A DNA stretch of 64,000 nucleotides from Leptonemataceae bacterium (GTDB lineage Bacteria > Spirochaetota > Leptospiria > Leptospirales > Leptonemataceae), in NCBI GenBank assembly GCA_965227295.1, contig OZ245742.1:2336001-2400000 (forward strand), in the 5' to 3' direction. Shown here one piece after another: positions 61,298-64,000 of the stretch; position 1 is the first letter of the stretch, and every line of letters starts with the position of its first letter. A program made the position numbers and the translations under genes. Below the pieces are notes generated by a model. The model saw only the letters and a list, made by a program, of their open reading frames with translations, did no database searches and was not told the DNA's origin.

Positions 61298-62359
61298 ATG
61301 ACGCCCGCAAAATTCATCGAACGCCGCCGCAGCGACTGGCAGGAACTTCACGGCCTCCTGGATCGTCTGGAGAACCGCGCGGATCACGCCTTGAGCCCGG
61401 ACGACTATCTGCGCTTCGGCCGATTGTACCGTTCGGCGTGCACGGACCTCAGTCTCAGCAATACCTGGCGCCTGCCCCGGGACGTGCAGCTCTACCTGGA
61501 AGACCTGGTGTCCCGCTCGCATTCGCATCTCTACTCGTTTCACCGCGACCACTGGCTGCGCGTGAAGGAATTCTTTACGAAGCTCATGCCCCGGGCGGTC
61601 TTCGCCGACGTCTACGTGCGCATATGCGTTCTGGCGTTTTACGTGCCGCTCCTCTTCAGCGCTTACCTGGCCTACGAGTCCCGGGCCTTTGCCGTGGCCG
61701 TCATCGGCGAGGCGGAGATGGAGATGTATCAGGACATGCACGCCATGCGGGAGGACGAGAATCCCGCGGCCGCGGACATGATGGCCGGCACGGGCTTCTA
61801 CGTCTGGAACAACGTCAGCATCGCTCTCTTAACATTCGGTGTCGGAATCTTAGGCGGGGTGTTGTCCCTGGTGCTGGTATTGTTCAACGCGGTCTACCTG
61901 GGGGCGGTGCTGGGCTTTCTTTTGACCGGGCCGGCCGCGGAGAACATCCTGTCCTGGATTCCCGGTCACGGCCCGTTCGAACTTACCGCCATCGCCATTG
62001 CCGGCGGCGCGGGCTTGCGCATGGGCTTTTCGTTTATTGCGCCCGGCGGACGGCGTCGCTTGCGGGCGCTGCGCGAAGAAGCCGAGGGGGCCGTTCCGAT
62101 CATTGCGGCGGCGGTGGTCTTGCTGTTCCTGGCGGCTTTTCTGGAAGCGACGGTGGCGCCGTCGGCTCTGCCGCTCTACGTAAAATTTGCCGTGGGCGGC
62201 GCGTCTTTTCTTTCGATGATCGCTTACTTCGGAATCTACGGCGGTTATCTGCACTACCGCGAACAGCGGGAAGAAGCCGTGCGTTTGCAACGACTGCGGG
62301 CCCGGCCCACGGCCGGCCGCGGCGGCGATGCCCGGAGGTGGGAACCTGGACATTCGTAA
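61298..62359 (+). CDS. SpoIIM-family (DUF95) membrane protein
   Basis: FIERRRSDWQEL, YR....DLS, NNVSIA, HGPFELTAIAIAGGAG, AAFLEA. Confidence 0.88.
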   Translation: MTPAKFIERRRSDWQELHGLLDRLENRADHALSPDDYLRFGRLYRSACTDLSLSNTWRLPRDVQLYLEDLVSRSHSHLYSFHRDHWLRVKEFFTKLMPRAVFADVYVRICVLAFYVPLLFSAYLAYESRAFAVAVIGEAEMEMYQDMHAMREDENPAAADMMAGTGFYVWNNVSIALLTFGVGILGGVLSLVLVLFNAVYLGAVLGFLLTGPAAENILSWIPGHGPFELTAIAIAGGAGLRMGFSFIAPGGRRRLRALREEAEGAVPIIAAAVVLLFLAAFLEATVAPSALPLYVKFAVGGASFLSMIAYFGIYGGYLHYREQREEAVRLQRLRARPTAGRGGDARRWEPGHS

Positions 62360-63167
62360 CATCCAGTACCAGTTGCGCCCGCGGCGGCTGGACGAGGTCT
62401 TCGACTTCGCCCTGCTGGTCATTCGTCGGCACCTGGGCCTGTTCTTGCTCGTGGGCCTGCCGCCGGTGATTCTGTTTACCGCGCTGAACACGGTGCTGAT
62501 CTTCTACCTGAACGGCGGCTGGCTCGATGAGCCCGAGTCTTCCTCCTGGTTGCATCTGTTCGTATTGGTTTTGCTTTTTTTCGAACGCAGCGTCTTAGCT
62601 TTACCTGTGTTGTTGTTAAACGGCACGCTCCTCTTCGACGATCGTCCGCGGTTGCGGCAAATCTTGCGCACGTCCCTCTCCGTCTATCCGCGCTATCTCA
62701 TGCACCAGGCTGTGCTGCGCAGCGTACTCTGCGTGGGGCTCGGCTGGACGATCATCGCGCCGTGGTGGGCCGTCGTAACGCATTTCTTCAAGAGCGAGGT
62801 CATTGCCCTGGAACGATTGCAGGGCGCACAAATCGGCCGGCGCCTGTCCGCGATGACCGCCGGGCAGAACGAGCGTACGTTCGGATTCTTGATCATTGAC
62901 GCCGCCTTTTTCGTACTCGTGGTGCTCGCGGCGTCGTACGGTTGGAACTATCTCCTCGATACCCTCAAGCTTGCGGAACGCTACTGGTGGCTGGACGCGC
63001 AGCCCATGCTGCTCGCCCCGATCATGCACGTCTTTATCTTGAGCTACGCGATCTTTCACACGACGGCGAAGTTCTTGTTTTACATCGATTCACGTTCGTT
63101 GCGCGAGGGCTGGGACGTGGAACTCAGCCTGGTGAAAGGCATCCGCGAAACCGAGGAGGTCGCGTGA
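62328..63167 (+). CDS. Hypothetical membrane protein of the RDD/SpoIIM operon
   Basis: LRPRRLDEVFD N-terminus and YIDSRSLREGWDVEL C-terminus; several TM segments. Confidence 0.75.
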   Translation: MPGGGNLDIRNIQYQLRPRRLDEVFDFALLVIRRHLGLFLLVGLPPVILFTALNTVLIFYLNGGWLDEPESSSWLHLFVLVLLFFERSVLALPVLLLNGTLLFDDRPRLRQILRTSLSVYPRYLMHQAVLRSVLCVGLGWTIIAPWWAVVTHFFKSEVIALERLQGAQIGRRLSAMTAGQNERTFGFLIIDAAFFVLVVLAASYGWNYLLDTLKLAERYWWLDAQPMLLAPIMHVFILSYAIFHTTAKFLFYIDSRSLREGWDVELSLVKGIRETEEVA

Positions 63168-63991
63168 AATATTCACCGCTCTCTTTGAGTCGCGCAATGT
63201 TCGTGCGTGTGCTGGCCGTGCTGGTACTTACGGCGCCGCCCGTCGCCGTGAACACCATCGATCTTTTCGCGCAGGGGAACGAAGCCGGGCGTGAAGCGGT
63301 CCGCGAGTCCCTGGGCGAAAGCGAATGGTACGATTCCCAACGCGACGATTACCGACGCTATGCGCCGGAGGACATCGAACTGCCCGAGGAAAGCGACGGC
63401 CCGCGCTGCAACCGTGCGCCGAACATGGCGCCGACCTCGGGGCTTTCTCCGGTGATCCTCAATTTCCTGGCCTACGGTTTGATCGCCGGCCTGTGCGCTT
63501 TGATTCTGTACTTAATCGCGCGGATCGTAATGGAACGTCGGAACGAGGAGCGTATTTCGCTCGAAGACCTGGAGGCCGCCGAAGTCGTGCACGAGGAACT
63601 GCCGGACGAGATTGCCGGCCAGGCCGGAATTGATCTGGCGAGCAAAGAACCGCTGAACCTGAAACGCCTGAGAGACATGATCGAGGGTGCATTGCGCGAC
63701 GGTGAACTCGGCCGGGCCTGCGTGTACATGTTCCTGTTCGCCTTGCTCGGGTTTCATCATCTCGGCCACCTGGAGTTGCATCGGGATCGGACCGCCCGGG
63801 AGTACGTCCGTTCATTGCAGGGAGGCGGTCCCGCGGGCGGCCTGGTGGACTTGTTTGCGGATCTCGCCCGGCTCTTTGAATATGCCCTGTACCGCGGTCA
63901 TTTGCCGGAAACCGTGGACTCCACGGACGTGCGGGACCGCTGGTCGCGATTGCGGGCGGCCATCGACGGCGAGGCGGCGGCGCCTCGCTGA
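63164..63991 (+). CDS. DUF4129-like membrane protein
   Basis: GTGA overlap with GGAGG RBS; signal plus TM; DRTAREY...FEYALYRG motif. Confidence 0.75.
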   Translation: MKYSPLSLSRAMFVRVLAVLVLTAPPVAVNTIDLFAQGNEAGREAVRESLGESEWYDSQRDDYRRYAPEDIELPEESDGPRCNRAPNMAPTSGLSPVILNFLAYGLIAGLCALILYLIARIVMERRNEERISLEDLEAAEVVHEELPDEIAGQAGIDLASKEPLNLKRLRDMIEGALRDGELGRACVYMFLFALLGFHHLGHLELHRDRTAREYVRSLQGGGPAGGLVDLFADLARLFEYALYRGHLPETVDSTDVRDRWSRLRAAIDGEAAAPR

Positions 63992-64000
63992 GTAAGTGTA

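Overview
A GC-rich bacterial chromosomal window, most plausibly from a Leptospirales/Leptospiraceae-like spirochete (inferred from gene content, not proven). Housekeeping genes lie on both flanks: gmhA-like, purN-purH, a GGDEF cyclase and lipoproteins on the left; a sigma54-led nitrate assimilation operon, lipA, coaD and an RDD/SpoIIM/DUF4129 operon on the right. The centre (about 13.1-46.7 kb) is a polymorphic-toxin-like island. A ~4200-aa secreted coiled-coil protein ends in an Ntox30-type tip (RxH...THIP) followed by a HEAT-like immunity gene. Four 5'-truncated copies of its C-proximal region follow: three carry different C-terminal tips with their own small downstream genes, and the last is cut off by an IS. 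Every orphan cassette is preceded by the same composite junction element. All four junctions share a ~280-bp core with a perfect 26-bp palindrome; three also carry an IS terminal repeat with a transposase scrap and an identical multi-hairpin module. A complete class IIC group II intron occupies the site just after the hairpin module in one copy, and the same site is empty in two others. Splicing would restore the in-frame leader-cassette fusion seen at the empty sites. An ATPase plus nuclease-like gene pair at 1.2-2.8 kb is a candidate defence system. All family assignments come from motif recognition by eye; no searches were run.
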